Shown one piece after another: positions 36,399-49,290 of a stretch of 64,000 nt of DNA. This stretch comes from Anthoceros angustus. Lineage: Eukaryota > Plantae > Anthocerotophyta. Every line of letters begins with the position of its first letter. Within the stretch, counting starts at the first letter, position 1. Both the position numbers and the translations under genes were made by a program. The stretch is from the NCBI GenBank assembly GCA_010909165.1, contig MU008158.1, positions 3,745,331-3,809,330 on the forward strand, written 5' to 3'. The notes beneath the pieces were generated by a model that worked only from the letters and a program-made list of their open reading frames with translations, had not been told where the DNA came from and did no database searches.

Positions 36399-38123
36399 CT
36401 AGCTATCTGACGACCTGACTGAATCTTTGGGAAGTTGCAAGCTCACAATATCCTCACGGGGGAGGCCGCCCCCAAACAACTCTACTTCAGTTTGGTCAGC
36501 GCCGGGATCCTCCTCCGCTCTCCTAGCATCGCTCTCATCCACCGGAAGCAGGTAAGTCACCTCCCTGTCTGTCCGGAATGCCAGATACCCGATTCCACCC
36601 AAGTACACAAGAATTCCAGAGAAGCCACTAATCCCAATCAAAGCCTTCCAGGCAACATGGATTCCGAGACGAATCAGCCAGCCGACGAAAGCAGTGGACA
36701 GGTAGTAGATGTTCACCGTCATGATCGCAAACCCAATCATCCAGGTGGTGACCGCAATAACCCTAGAGTTCTTGTGAGGCCCCATCTTGACTGCACTGCT
36801 GGTGAACTTGAGCAGAGGCAGCAGGGCAAAGGGCAGCTCGAAGGACAAAATCATGGAGGATATGATGATGAGCCTTCCAGCACCCTTAGACCCCGAGATG
36901 ATAGCCACAATCAAACTGGGCACGATGGCCACACACCTGGTGAACAAATTCCGGAGCCAGGGTTTGATCCGCAAGTTGAGAAACCCCTGCATCACAAACT
37001 GCCCCGCATACGTCCCAGTGATGGTAGAGCTCTGCCCCGACGCCAGCAGGGCAATAGCGAACAGAGTAGAGCTCCACCTCCCCAACACATTCCTGAGCAA
37101 AAAAGAAGCCCTGTTGAGATCCAGGTCGTCGCAGCGGCTCCGGTTCTCCTCCGACAAGCCCTGGCTCCCGCACACAGCCCCGGACACGGAGATGACGGAC
37201 ACGTTAATCAAGAAGGCGAGAAACAGCGCAAATGCGCTCTCCAGCATGTAGTACCGGCATCCGTCCTTGATCCCCCGGAGGGAGCGGGGGATCTTCCTGG
37301 ACAGCACCAACGCGGAGTGGAGGAAGAGGTTGTGCGGCATGACCATGGCCCCCAGCAGCGAGATGGCGAGCCCCGTGGCCCCGCTGCCCTGCAGCCGGGG
37401 CACGAACATGCCCTTCAACACCTCCCCGGGGTCCGGCTTCGCGTATCCCAGCTCCACGAAGAAGCAGCCCGCCATGGTGAAGACCAGCAAAGCGATGAGG
37501 ATCTCCAGCTTCCGCACCCCGTACTGCTGCAGCGCGAGCAGGATGAGCGTGCTGAGCCCCGTGAGCAGCACCCCCGCCCACACCGGGATACTGAAGAGCA
37601 TGTTGAGCCCGTACGCCGTGCCGATCACCTCAGGGATGTCGGAAGCCACGATCGCCACCTCCGCCACCACCCACAGAGCGTAGTTCACCCGCCTCGGGTA
37701 CTCGGCCCGGCAATGCTCCGCCAGATGCTTCCCCGTCACCACCCCGAGGTTGGCCGCCAGCATCTGGATCACCAGCGCGGAGCAGGACGCCACCAGGATC
37801 ACCCACAGCAACTCGTACTGGTACTGAGCTCCCGACTGCAGATCGCTCTCGAAATTCCCCGGGTCGATGTAGGCGATGGCCACCAGGAAGCCCGGCCCCA
37901 GGTACGCCAGGAACTGCTTCCATCCCCGCTTCTCCGGCACGTGCACCAGGCTCTTGCCCTCCTGCTCCTCATCCCCCGCCACTGGCCCTCCCGTGCTGCT
38001 GCTCCTCTGCTGCTGCTGCTGCTGCTGGTTGTGCGGATGGAGAGGGTTTGTGCCGGCGAAATGCGGCGGCGAGGCGCTGCCGCTGCTGCCGCCGCCGCCG
38101 CTGCCGCCGCCAAATGGGGCCAT
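36399..38123 (-). CDS. NRAMP: NRAMP divalent metal transporter, AtNRAMP1/6-OsNRAMP5-like group, 574 aa, intronless
   Basis: [76 protein letters not shown]. The true start is taken as MAPFGGG (38123), downstream of a TATA box; the longer track ORF runs through the promoter. Confidence 0.96.
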   Translation of the reverse strand: MAPFGGGSGGGGSSGSASPPHFAGTNPLHPHNQQQQQQQRSSSTGGPVAGDEEQEGKSLVHVPEKRGWKQFLAYLGPGFLVAIAYIDPGNFESDLQSGAQYQYELLWVILVASCSALVIQMLAANLGVVTGKHLAEHCRAEYPRRVNYALWVVAEVAIVASDIPEVIGTAYGLNMLFSIPVWAGVLLTGLSTLILLALQQYGVRKLEILIALLVFTMAGCFFVELGYAKPDPGEVLKGMFVPRLQGSGATGLAISLLGAMVMPHNLFLHSALVLSRKIPRSLRGIKDGCRYYMLESAFALFLAFLINVSVISVSGAVCGSQGLSEENRSRCDDLDLNRASFLLRNVLGRWSSTLFAIALLASGQSSTITGTYAGQFVMQGFLNLRIKPWLRNLFTRCVAIVPSLIVAIISGSKGAGRLIIISSMILSFELPFALLPLLKFTSSAVKMGPHKNSRVIAVTTWMIGFAIMTVNIYYLSTAFVGWLIRLGIHVAWKALIGISGFSGILVYLGGIGYLAFRTDREVTYLLPVDESDARRAEEDPGADQTEVELFGGGLPREDIVSLQLPKDSVRSSDS

Positions 38124-38403
38124 GATCGATTCTCGATCTGACCGGTCTGCTCTGCCTCTCCTTCTTGGGCTGCTTCTGGCTTGAGCGAAGATCGAGGGAT
38201 GAAGAGAATCACCCGCCTCGGGGCCGAGCAAGCGTGACGCCCTCAAGCGGTCCGCATCTCGGGATCGCGCAAACCGCCTGGGCGCCTGGCTGCCGGGGAA
38301 AGGCTCACATCGGCATGGCCATGGGCATGGGCATCGGCGATCCGAGGCTGGCCGGTGCTGCCTGCGAATGTGCGAATGCCCCCTGCAGATAAGGCCTGCT
38401 CTC

Positions 38404-38410
38404 TTATATA
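38404..38410 (-). promoter_or_regulatory. TATA box of the NRAMP gene
   Basis: CCCTATATAAGAG on the minus strand, in a GC-rich context about 280 bp upstream of the ATG. Confidence 0.6.
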
Positions 38411-39976
38411 GGGTAGGGCGAAACTGACAAACTGGTTTGGGCAGCATGCGCCCGGCCCAAGGTGGTGCCCGCCCGCGCTTGCCAGTAACCTTCTCACCTG
38501 CTACCACTGGTCGACATGCACGACTGCAGTCCGCGGTCCGCGGCCCGCGGCCCACGGGACGCAGGGCAAGGGCAAACGAATCCAACTGTACACTGTACAT
38601 ATGTACTTTGGACGCTTGCACTGACGGCCTCTCAACCTGAGTTGTATGGAATTGCATTAAAGCGCCCCCAGATTTATGATAATCAGCACATTTATCTTGT
38701 TCCATACGTAGACGTTATTAGGTAGGTATCGGCATTTGTGAATTTGCAATGCGATACCCGCAAAAACATAATGTGCATTGCGATGCACGCACAGGTTTTG
38801 TTGTTGTTGCTGGCAAGCATGCGAGTGCGTTGGACATCTTCAGCGATTTCACAGCTGAGAGGAAATCGGATCGGGCTGCCACTGCTGGCTGAGTTCCAGG
38901 TGGTGCACGCTGCAGACTGGACATTATGGACACCTGGACCGTACATTATTGCAATAGAAAGAGCAACTGCATCCTTCCAATTTCCTGTGCGCCATGCTCG
39001 CGACTGCACACTTAGGGTTACCTCCTGGCCTTGAAAAGCTCTCTACACCAGGTCCTGAGCAAGCTCAAGTTTGGAGCATGGAAATCGAAGGTGCAGCTCG
39101 ATCTTGCTGTTCCGAGTGCAGATGAGAGCTAATGAGAAGCGGCAGCGGCAGCTGCAGGAGCGCCATGGAGGCTATCCTGGAAGCTGCAGCAGCCTGCTAC
39201 CCGCTCTGATTCCACCAGAGCGAACGCCACTGAAACCAGGCTGTGAGCCTGACCGGCTGCCTCCACACGGTCGCCAGTCCAACTTCCAACTGCAGTCGGC
39301 CGCCCGAATCGACAGCGCACGGATGCCTCTTCAGAAATTCGATCACGGAAGTGGCGGTTCCTCGGAGGACAACTGTGCGTTGTTTTTATTTTTTTTAATT
39401 TAATATTTTGAAAATATATCGGGGACAGGCAGGGTATGAACTATGAAGCCCTTGAATCGTGTGGCGAATCGATTCGCCGGGTGCTACACTGGTGAGATAA
39501 ATCGTACAGTAGTGTGGACGAGGACGCCACACGCTCACAGTGACGCCCCACGCTCCCTGCGCAAGCAGGCTCCTCCCATCGGCGGCATTAGCCTGGCACA
39601 TCATCTCTCTCAGTCCAGGAACGATTCTAAAATGTTATTAAATCTGCACACCTAATTACGAAGTACTTAGCAGCACACATGGAGACCAGTGTGCACTGCA
39701 CTGCCCCAGCACAGATGGAACCAGAGCGCAGAAAATGCGAAAATTGGAATCGGAGTCGAAAATTTTATTGATCATTTTTGTGCTCTAAAAAAGGGGTGCT
39801 AGGCTAGCCCTACAGTTATAAATGGCAAGTGACAGGTTCACCCGTTGATCGGGTCAACTGTCATGTGACCCTGACTGGATACAAAGTTCCCGTCTGTGAG
39901 ATAAGGCTTCACGGTGAAGAAATCTCCCCTTCGCTCAGGGATCGGGTTTCTCCATCCGCGCTTCAGGATCGTCATC

Positions 39977-40030
39977 GGGATCGGGATCGGGATCGGGGTT
40001 GGGACCAGGACCGGGACCGGGACCGGGACC
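39977..40030. repeat. hexamer microsatellite (GGGATC)n/(GGGACC)n upstream of RLK4
   Basis: About 9 consecutive GGGAYC-like units. Confidence 0.85.
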
Positions 40031-40170
40031 GACTCCAGCTCGGGCTATCCGCGATTCGAATGCCCAGAAAGAGGAATGCGCGCTCTGACGGCGGCATCTG
40101 AGGATCTGCTGTCCCCCCGTCGGCGCCCATTCCCATGAGCCAGGATCCCCTGGACTTGCGAGGATCTTTC

Positions 40171-43100
40171 ATGGCCTTGTCCGGAGCTCGAGGATGGCGG
40201 ACGCTACTTCTGCTCCTTCAGCTCCTTGCTCTCTTTCCCCCCACCGTTCGGACTCAAAGTGGTATAGTACACAGAATCAGAGCCTGTCCCTTCTGCACTT
40301 GGCCTCTGCCTGTCTGCTACTAGTACTTTCCATGCTCAGCCTTGCTCAGTCTGTTGCGCAGATCAGGTTTGTGGGTTCCGTGCTAGCTAGTCTGGGGATG
40401 GGATCCGGTGACGTAGATTTAGCAAAACATTTCAAGGTGTTTGTTGTGATGCAAGGCTTTACCAGTGTCAACTGTGGAGGAGGCCCGGGTGGGAGTTTCA
40501 TCGATCCGGGCACGGGTATCATGTGGCAAACAGATGATGGCAACTTCGTTGCTACAGGCGAGACTGCCTTTCCACACCTCTCCGCCAACCTCGCTGGCGT
40601 TTTGCCACAGGAAATGCAGACGCTCAGGTTCTTTCCCAGCTACACCAAGAATTGCTATGTCATTCCCACGCAAGCCACTTTTTCCCACCTCATTCGAGTC
40701 GGCTTTTTCTACGGCAATTACGACGGCAAGGCTTCATCACAGATCCAATTCAATGTATAATCCCTGCTGCCCTGCTGCCCTGCTGCACAGCTGCACAGCT
40801 GCACAGCAGCAACGCCTCAAGGCCTGGCCTGCAACTCTTCCTGCTTCTCTTCACACTTTCGTGAATGTGATATTAGATGATCCGGTGTGTGCAATGCATG
40901 ATGCAGCTTTCTTTGGACAGCACGGCGTGGGAAACAGTGACTCTAACATATGACCCTGCCGGAGGTAATGCCCCTCGGTACTTCGAGGCCATAACGTCCA
41001 ACGCCACATCCACCAACATTTCGGTCTGCTTGATCAAGTCGGGTGTGGATACCCCATTTATCAATTCTTTGGAGGCAAGGTTGATAAGCTCCGAATATGT
41101 GTACTCCGGCAGCTTTTCCGACCTTGTAAACCTACATCTTGTCGGCAGAGCCAACTTCGGAGAGCCGACCACTACTTACAGGTACTATATTGCCTGCAGG
41201 TGCTGAACAAAAGTTTGATTCTCAAAGAATCTTCCAGATGGAGCTTGAGTTGGTCGGAATCTGGTTGTCTCCCCAGGCTGAAGTTGCATCTCACAGGTAT
41301 CCAGATGATCTTTGGGATAGAAGGTGGCCCCCGTACGTTGAAGAGTTTCCACAGCTCTCACAGCTGGAAACTCTCAGTGCTCCATCTGGTCAGGCCATCA
41401 ACAACAGCGGCGACTTCTCCAGGGATCAGCCTCCCAGCATTGTTATGGCCACAGCGGTTCAAGGAGATTCCATCTCTTACTCTCGTCGAATGCCTGCCAC
41501 TGATTTTTTCTGCGCTTATCAATACTTTGCGGAGCTTGCAACATTAAGTGTCTTTGGCAGGTAGCTGTGTGTCTGATGCCTCTACTGTGTGGAACCAGTT
41601 AATGACGTGGCCATCAGTCCAGCCCAATTCTCACCCGTGTGCACTGGATTCGTGACTGACCAACTGTGCAGCCGCTATATCAACTGGACGACTAACATCA
41701 TGACAGGCCCTCCGGCTGTGATAAACCTTACCTCTATCCCCTCTTTCACCACATATGAGTATGGATATCAGCAAGCCTATACGACTGGTTCCGTGCTCAT
41801 GTATACGCTTATGCCCAACTTCCAGTCAACACTTGGGGCGATTCTGAACGCCGATGAGATGTACGGTGTTCAACCTGTTGCAGCAGGCACGAGCTCATTG
41901 GACGGTACGTCTTTCCGTCACAGGACCATCTGCTAAGTGTGCGTGTGTCTGCCTGCAGTCATCCTGTATGCGTCGTCATTTGATGCTTCGTGGGGCACGT
42001 TTCTTCCAGTGCTGGCGCTGTCAAGGATAAGCAGTGTTCTGGGTCTAAGGCAATGGGTGGGTGATCCCTGCTTACCAGTCTCCTGGGACGAATTGAAGTG
42101 TTCCTTACCTGTTGACCTACCTCCAAAAGTTGTCAGCATGTAAGCCCAGACCCACAGGCCAGCACGGCTGTAGTCTAAGCTTGCCAATCTTCTGTTGTAG
42201 CTGGCAGGGATTGTTTCTCACCGCATTTGGTGCTTCTCTGCAGAGACTTGTCCAACCACAATCTCTCTGGCCCTCTTCCTGCAGGCTTTGGAAACTTACC
42301 ATCACTGGATACCCTGTAAGTTTGCACCGCAGGGTCCCTGTTTCGGAACTGGCTTTTACGTGCATGATGGTTTTGGCTCATATGTTTGCGATCCCTACAG
42401 TTTACTAAACGACAACTCTCTTTCGGGTCCTCTTCCTCTCGACTTCGCCAGTCTGACCAATCTTCGGATTTTGTAAGTCGGTCTGCTTTGTGTCTAATTT
42501 GTGATTCCAGATGCTTGCTTGAATCATGTTTCTGTGTATGGTGAGGTGCAGCTGCGGATCTCACATTCATCTCTTCTCACTGGTTGCTGCTGTGTAGAAA
42601 CCTGGGGAACAATAGCTTCAGCGGTCCTTTTCCAATCCTCCTCACCAACCTGAGGAATCTTACCTCGCTGTGCGTTCAAATACAACCTTGTTATGCCAGT
42701 TGCTGACCTTTGCTGAGATACTTGTTGCTCCAACGGCCCAATACACAAACTCAGTTGTGGACTGCGAATGCAGGGATGTTTCGAACAACAACTTTTATGG
42801 AACCTTTCCAGATACCTTGCTTCGTATAAACTTCAGGTGAGAATGTTGTTCTTTCAAGGCAGATATGATGTCATTGTGCCTCTTCACCCATGTGCGAACT
42901 CAAAGCTGGGCTGTGGTGACATGTTCATGTTGGTAGGTACGCTGGGAACCCGCTACTAAGCTGTTCTGGCCCTACCTGTCCGGCAGCGCCACCGCCGCCT
43001 CCACCACCAGCTCGAGCTCCACCGCCACTATCCAACTCTACTGATAACTCTCCGGGAGGAAAGAAAAAGTCTTCACTAGTGGTGATCATTGCTGCAGTGG

Positions 43101-44964
43101 TGGGCGGCATAGCCATCCTTGCCATCATCATCATTATTGCTCTAGGAGCCTACTGCTGCTGCACAAGGAGGCCAGATCAAGCTGGCACAAGGGCTATTGA
43201 AGCATCTGTTTTCGCGGTCTCTGCTGCCTCCTCACCTAGAAATGTTCAAGCTGCCTCCTCACCAAGAAGTGTTCAAGCTGCCTCCTCCCCGAGAAGCCTC
43301 ACACCTGCCTCCCCCCCTCGAAAGCTGCCTCCATTTGGTACATAGAACTAGTCAGTCTGCATGTGGCTGCTCTTGTTTGCCTTCCGTCAGATATTCTAGC
43401 ATTTCACACTTTGTTATTGTGGCGTCTACAGTATCGGCTGGACCAACGAAGACTGGTGGCACTAACTCTCCAGGCTCTGCTCTTTTCCCTCTTCCTACTG
43501 TCGTAATTGCAAAAGGCAAGGCACAACCATTGCCGCTGTCAGCCATTAGGAATGCCACATCCAACTTTTCCACAAAGATTGGCGAAGGAAGCTTCGGCTC
43601 TGTTTTCAGTGGGCAGCTGGTGGACGGAAACCAGAAAGTGGACGTTGCCGTGAAAGTACTCTCATCGACATCTGCCCAGGGAGAGAAGCAATTTTCAACT
43701 GAGGTGCATTAAGCTTCGGCTCTGCTTCCTGTTTGTAGCATGGAACACCTGTGTTCCCAACGCCTGTGAAATTGCATGTTGTTGTACATGTACTGACGGA
43801 GCTAGCTGTTTCGATGCTGTTTCCTCTGAACAGATCGAGTTCCTTTCCATGCTGCACCACAAGAACCTTGTTCAAATCATTGGCTTCTGCCAGCATGGAC
43901 CAGAACGCATTCTTGTCTATGAATATATGGCAGGGCGAGATCTTGGAACACGTTTGCATGGTGACATCTTCGTATCTGTTCCACCCGTTTGTCTGATGTT
44001 GCTTTGGCCTGAGTAGTACGCTGCCAGATAAGTGCACTCTGTATGTCTGATGAACACATGTGTATACATCACGTTTTGAGGTATGCAGGCCCAGAGGCTG
44101 CAGCGAATCCACTTAACTGGGAACAGAGGCTTCAGATAGCGTTGGATGCTGCTCAAGGTACCCATGTCTTAAGGAGACTGTGCTGCTGCATGCCACCTCC
44201 AATACGCTAAAAATTCTGACGATGGTCTGTGGTGCATGTGCGCGCGCCTGTAGGACTGGAGTATTTGCACCACCTTTGCAGCCCCAGCATCGTCCACAGG
44301 GACGTGAAGAGTAGTAATATCCTGCTGGGCAAGACGCTGGAAGCAAAAGTGGCCGACTTTGGGCTGTCGAAGATGATCTCCCAAGACGGGGAGATGACTG
44401 CTGATACAACCATTGTGAAGGCAGGCACTGTTGGGCATGAATACATTGACCCACAGTACATACTCAACCCTGCCTCTCGTCCGGTATACTACTTCCATGT
44501 TCGATGCGTTGCCTGTTTGACACCATAGTGGAAATCCTCAGGTTCTTCACCACGAACAGCATCACTCGAGAAAGTGATGTGTTCAGCTATGGGGTGATAC
44601 TCATGGAAATCATCACTGGGCGATCACCTATCATGGCACCCAATTCAAACGCGGCACCACTGGTTGGATGGGTAAGCCAAGTCAGTCCTTTTGCTGCAAC
44701 TCCTGTTTTGAACCATATCATCACATGTCTACAGACCAGCTTGCTAACCTCGTGGTGTCTGCTTAGGTTCGGACATTAGTAACAAAGGCAGATCTGACTG
44801 CCATCGTGGATCCTTTGCTGGCACATCAGTATGATAGCCCGAGCATGTGGGAGGTGATTGAAATCGCTCTGCGATGCACAGATGCCTTCCGTAGCAACCG
44901 GCCAACCATGGTCGAGGTTGCTCGGGATCTGGCTCAGCTGGTTAAGCAACTAAAACATGGATGA
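40171..44964 (+). CDS. malectin-like domain LRR receptor-like kinase, RLK4 (RD kinase, 4 LRRs, Pro-rich juxtamembrane); multi-exon
   Basis: Signal peptide [11 protein letters not shown]; [53 protein letters not shown]; 4 LRR exons; PPPPPPP stalk; TM; [27 protein letters not shown]; stop TGA at 44962-44964. An alternative in-frame ATG sits at 40135. Confidence 0.93.
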
Positions 44965-47869
44965 CAGGATCTCAAGAAGGAGTCCCACGTACAAGGAGTA
45001 GACAAGAGGCATTACCCAAATACTTCCCGCGGTGGAAAGAGGCTGAAGCCACACCGTAGGCGTGGACAGTGATCACCTTGCTCCGGGCTATGGAGCACCA
45101 TGCGTAAGGAACTTGCGGACCTAGGTTTGAGGCAAGACTACAATTCTATGGGAGGCCCCGAGGATTGAGCGGGGTATAGGATGTAGAGAAGCCTTTTGTC
45201 CGCTTGCCAGACAGTGTGGAATTTTCATTTGTGTCGAACTGAAACATGAGCCAGTGCTGGTTTTGTTTTTGGTCAGATGTGTGACCTCCTCTGTGAAGTA
45301 ATCCTCCCAATCACATGATCAAGAAGATGGCCTGGAGCGGGCATGCAGGCTTTGCAGTCGCGCGAGGCCTGAATGGTTGTACTCATCTCCCACAGAGGCC
45401 TGCTGAAGGTTTGTTGACGGCATACTGAAGGCCTATGCAAGGCTCTTTCTCCGATGTGCCGTACTCTGTGGCTCAGGTTGTGGTTCGCGATCTGTGGCTC
45501 ACGTTGAGGTTCGCGAGATATGGGTGCGTGCAAGGATGTGTAAGGGCCAATATTTCGACAACCCTAACAAAGAAAACCATGCGTATTGCACGCAAAACAG
45601 ATTCTTGACATACCTTCGGACGACATCAGTACAGACGACTGGGCACAGCCCCTGGCCGATGTTAAGTGCATGACCTAAGAGTCTTCCTACCGTCACCTTC
45701 GATAAAAACCCTTGGTGGCGTGGCCCCGTGACGACTTCGATATTCCATACATAGTGAGCACGTTGATATGGAATACCGTTCTGGTCAGCGGATTCGTGTG
45801 TGTGACTTTGTTCTTTTTGGGTGTACTCTACGGAAATATGCCATGGCATCTTTAAGATTCTCACGTACAATACACATATAATACGTGCCACATCAGCTTT
45901 GGTAGGTTCGTATGCGGGGCAAAAACTTTGTATGTGTGGACGAAGGAAGAATGGTAGACTCCCCTTAGGGAGGTAATAGGATTTTTTTTGTTTTTTCTAT
46001 GTGTTTGGTGTAAGGAATAAAGCGGAAGATGAGGGAAATAAGGTTGAGCAATAAGGTTGAGCAGACCCATCCGTGGTGGTCAAGGAAGGCGGGGAAGGGG
46101 GACCTCACTGGGCAGCGTCGGGAACTCCGGAGCGACTCCGGAGGAACTCCGATGGCCGATCGGGGTGACTTGGGGAATGGGCGTGGGGGCGTAATTGGTA
46201 AGCAGGACACGTGGACGGTGCCGAGTGGAGGACTCACATGTAGCAGACCAGGGCCGCAAAGTTGTCAGCAGCCGTTATAGGCAGGCAGCCACGACCCAAG
46301 AACATGCGCCAAGAAGGCGGCGGGCATGAAGTTACGGTACAGGATGCAAGACTGCAGCAGTGCAGGTGAAGGACACCTTCCCGCACATCGACACGCCCGG
46401 CCCGCCATCGAGAAAGTCATCTTCTCGTGCAACCTCGGCAGTTCTCTCAGTCGCTCGCGCTTAGGCACCCTGCTCTTTGGCGCCTTCTCTTTCGAGGTTC
46501 GAGCGCACCGCCCGGTGGCCTTCGACTCTTTCCGCCGCGCCAATTCCTCCCAAGATTAGGAGCGCAACGGAGAGGATCACCGCCCGCCCTACCTCAACAG
46601 CAGAACTAGCGGCGAGCGCACATAGGGCCCAAGAAAGCGGTGGAGGTCTTGGAGCCCTAGCGCCTGGTGGAGAAGAATATAGTGGCGCTACCCCGACTTC
46701 GGCCCCTAGCTCGAGGAAGTGGGTGCGCTTGTGCAGGAGTGGCACCTGGACATCTTCCAAGCAATATGGACCTACGATGTGCTCGGGTCCGAGAATGCTG
46801 GAAGATCTCGGCGATGGAAAGTGACAGGCCGTCGTCAAAAGCTTGAGGGAGGACCCGAGGCGATGGACAGTGGAGGTCCTTCGCGCAGTATACAACCGGC
46901 CGACGGAGGAAGTTGGGGGAGTAGTGCCGGAGCCTCTGAAGGTAAAGGGAAGATTGGAGGCAGCCAAGGCGGCTCTGTTGAAGCGCGGGACCCAGAGGTC
47001 CTCCAACGGGTGGCTGATGTCGGACCTGTTGGACCGGCGGGTGAGGGCAGTGGCAAAAATCATTGTCCACTGGAACATGCTCACCAAGGTGCACATAAGG
47101 ATAACTGTCTAGTGTTCCTACATGCTCTCCTGAGGGGCAAGAGGGCCCTCCTGGGGACGGATCGCCGGATAGAGCCTTAAGGTCCCAAGATCGAGTGGCC
47201 TCCCCTCGTGTCGCCCCCTTCATCTTGCATGTCTAGGGACACCACAACCTCTTAAAGGAGGAGGAGGAACGAGCACTCCGGCGGGGGCTGGCCACCTTAC
47301 CGGAGGGAGAGTGGGATGGAGGGGCGCAGGACCCGGACAGCCAACCGGTTGAGGGGACCAAGACGCGGCGTGTGCAGGAGGAGGAAGATTGGGAGTACCA
47401 ATGGCTCCGGTGGTGACAAGGTCCGTCCGAACCCCCCAGTTGAGCCCTGATGGACAAGGACGGAAGGGCAATAGAAGAAGGGTGGGTGCCCACCCACCAC
47501 TCCCATGGATACACGGCCCCGCCCCCATGACAACAGAGTGGGCGGAGGCGACTGTAAGGAGGGCGGAGAGAGACGCTGCTCAAGGCACTGGAGGTCACTG
47601 GCAGCAGCCTCATCCGAAGCCAGTTCTCTCCCCTACGAGGAGAGGGAAGAGAGCTAGCTCCCGGACCCCTTCACCCCCACTGGACCCCAAGCGACAAAGA
47701 GCGAAGAAGGAATTGGCTGCGAAACGAGCCAAGGAGGTGGATGGACCTGCTCCGGACGAATAGGACCTAAGGGTCCTAGTTGGGTCCGGAGTACCCAACC
47801 CGGACCACTCACACAGTCTGTTCGGTCCAACGGACCGGAATGTTCGCGCCGGTGGGGTTTATGGGAGCA

Positions 47870-48093
47870 TGTTACAGATGGATAATCGCGTAACCCCGAT
47901 CACCATTAGTCGACGTAATTACTAGTGTTTAATAATTACGAACGGGTGTGCCTCTTCGGAAGAGACACCCAATGACACTATTTAAGACACACTTTGTATA
48001 CACCTTCTAGGCAGATTAACACGAAATATCTTTCTGAGCATAGCGTCATGATCATGCTAGATTAGATGCAATCCTACTGCTAGGATTTTCACA
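47870..48093 (+). repeat. 5' LTR
   Basis: TGTTAC...TTTTCACA, matches 50694-50921 and is followed by the PBS. Confidence 0.95.
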
Positions 48094-48105
48094 TGGTATC
48101 AGAGC
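48094..48105 (+). promoter_or_regulatory. primer-binding site complementary to initiator tRNA-Met 3' end
   Basis: TGGTATCAGAGC immediately after the 5' LTR. Confidence 0.95.
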
Positions 48106-49290
48106 TTTGAACAATCTTGGATGAAAAATGAAGTCAGGCAGGTCCCTCATCCGGGTCCTGATACAGTCCAAGGGTGCTTAAACCGGGAGTTTCTAGGGAG
48201 CCTAGCTACTCCCCTCCTGCTTTCGCAGCTTGTTTAGTTTTTGCAAGCCCGCAGATATCAACAGTCAGGAGTTCAAATGAACTTAAAAAACAACAACGGG
48301 AGAGGCGCCTCTCCTTTCGCGACTGTAACGAAACTTCCCAGCGGCATGCGATCGATGGCGAGGCGAAGATTCGGCACCAGCTTCCCGGCCCTCGAGTGCA
48401 TGCCTGGGCTGGCTACGTGCCTTCCGCCCAATTTGTGGCTGCCACTCATCGTCGCTCGAGGCGAAAGAGACAAGTTGACGAGCAGCAGCAATTTCAAGCG
48501 GAATTGCGACCACTCACCCTAGTTCCCTCTTCCGAGGCGCGGCTACACCGCAGCCCGGGGTTGGACAAGCTGATCCGGAGAGGGATCGCCGCGCGCCTGC
48601 CGTCATAATCGGCGACAATCGAATTCTGCATCGAATTTCCACAATTTTCCCCCTTTTTTTTCACGGCACGCACCTCCTCAGTCGATTTTGCAAAAGTTTT
48701 GGCTGAGCAAGATTGTTCAAGCTCAATTTTGGACAAAGAAACTATGATTTCCTCTCGATATGTAGCCCGGGCGCCCAAGGATCACTCACTACGGCCTTCG
48801 AATTCTAATTCACCAAGAGGAGCGGAGGCAACCCCCGGCCGCATGGAGGCTGCAGCCTCCCCATACGAGCGCACGCAGCGCAACCGCCGCCTGTGCGGAT
48901 CCCGGAACAAGCGCGCGCACGGCGCGCGATCACGGGAGGGGTGTCGCCCGCGAAGCAGGGTGCCCGTGGCGGCGCACCGCTCAACGGAACGGCGTGCCCA
49001 TTCCTCCAACGGGTGTCACCCCCGTTACTTCTCCAACGGGCCTAATATCTTTTTATCCTTGACTGTTTTTTCCCTTGGGTACTGGTGTAAAAACAGGAGG
49101 AAGGAAGAGAAAAAGGAAGGGAGAACTCTCACATGAGAGATTAAAAGCTAGCAAGAGAGGGATACCCATTTTCTCCAGATCTCCCGACTCTTTCGGATAT
49201 TGACTGCTCTTGATTTTATGACCACGACGGGGGCTTGTGGACCAGCTTATACAGCACTTCAACTCGCTTTCTATTAACCCACCTGCTACC

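Noticed and set aside
36435-38141. 568-aa plus-strand ORF
   Set aside because: Antisense shadow of the GC-rich NRAMP CDS with no recognisable domain.
38124-38705. N-terminal extension of the 768-aa NRAMP ORF
   Set aside because: It runs through the TATA box and GC-rich promoter and has no NRAMP similarity.
45250-45970. LTR of the host retroelement
   Set aside because: No second copy and no convincing TG...CA with adjacent PBS or PPT.
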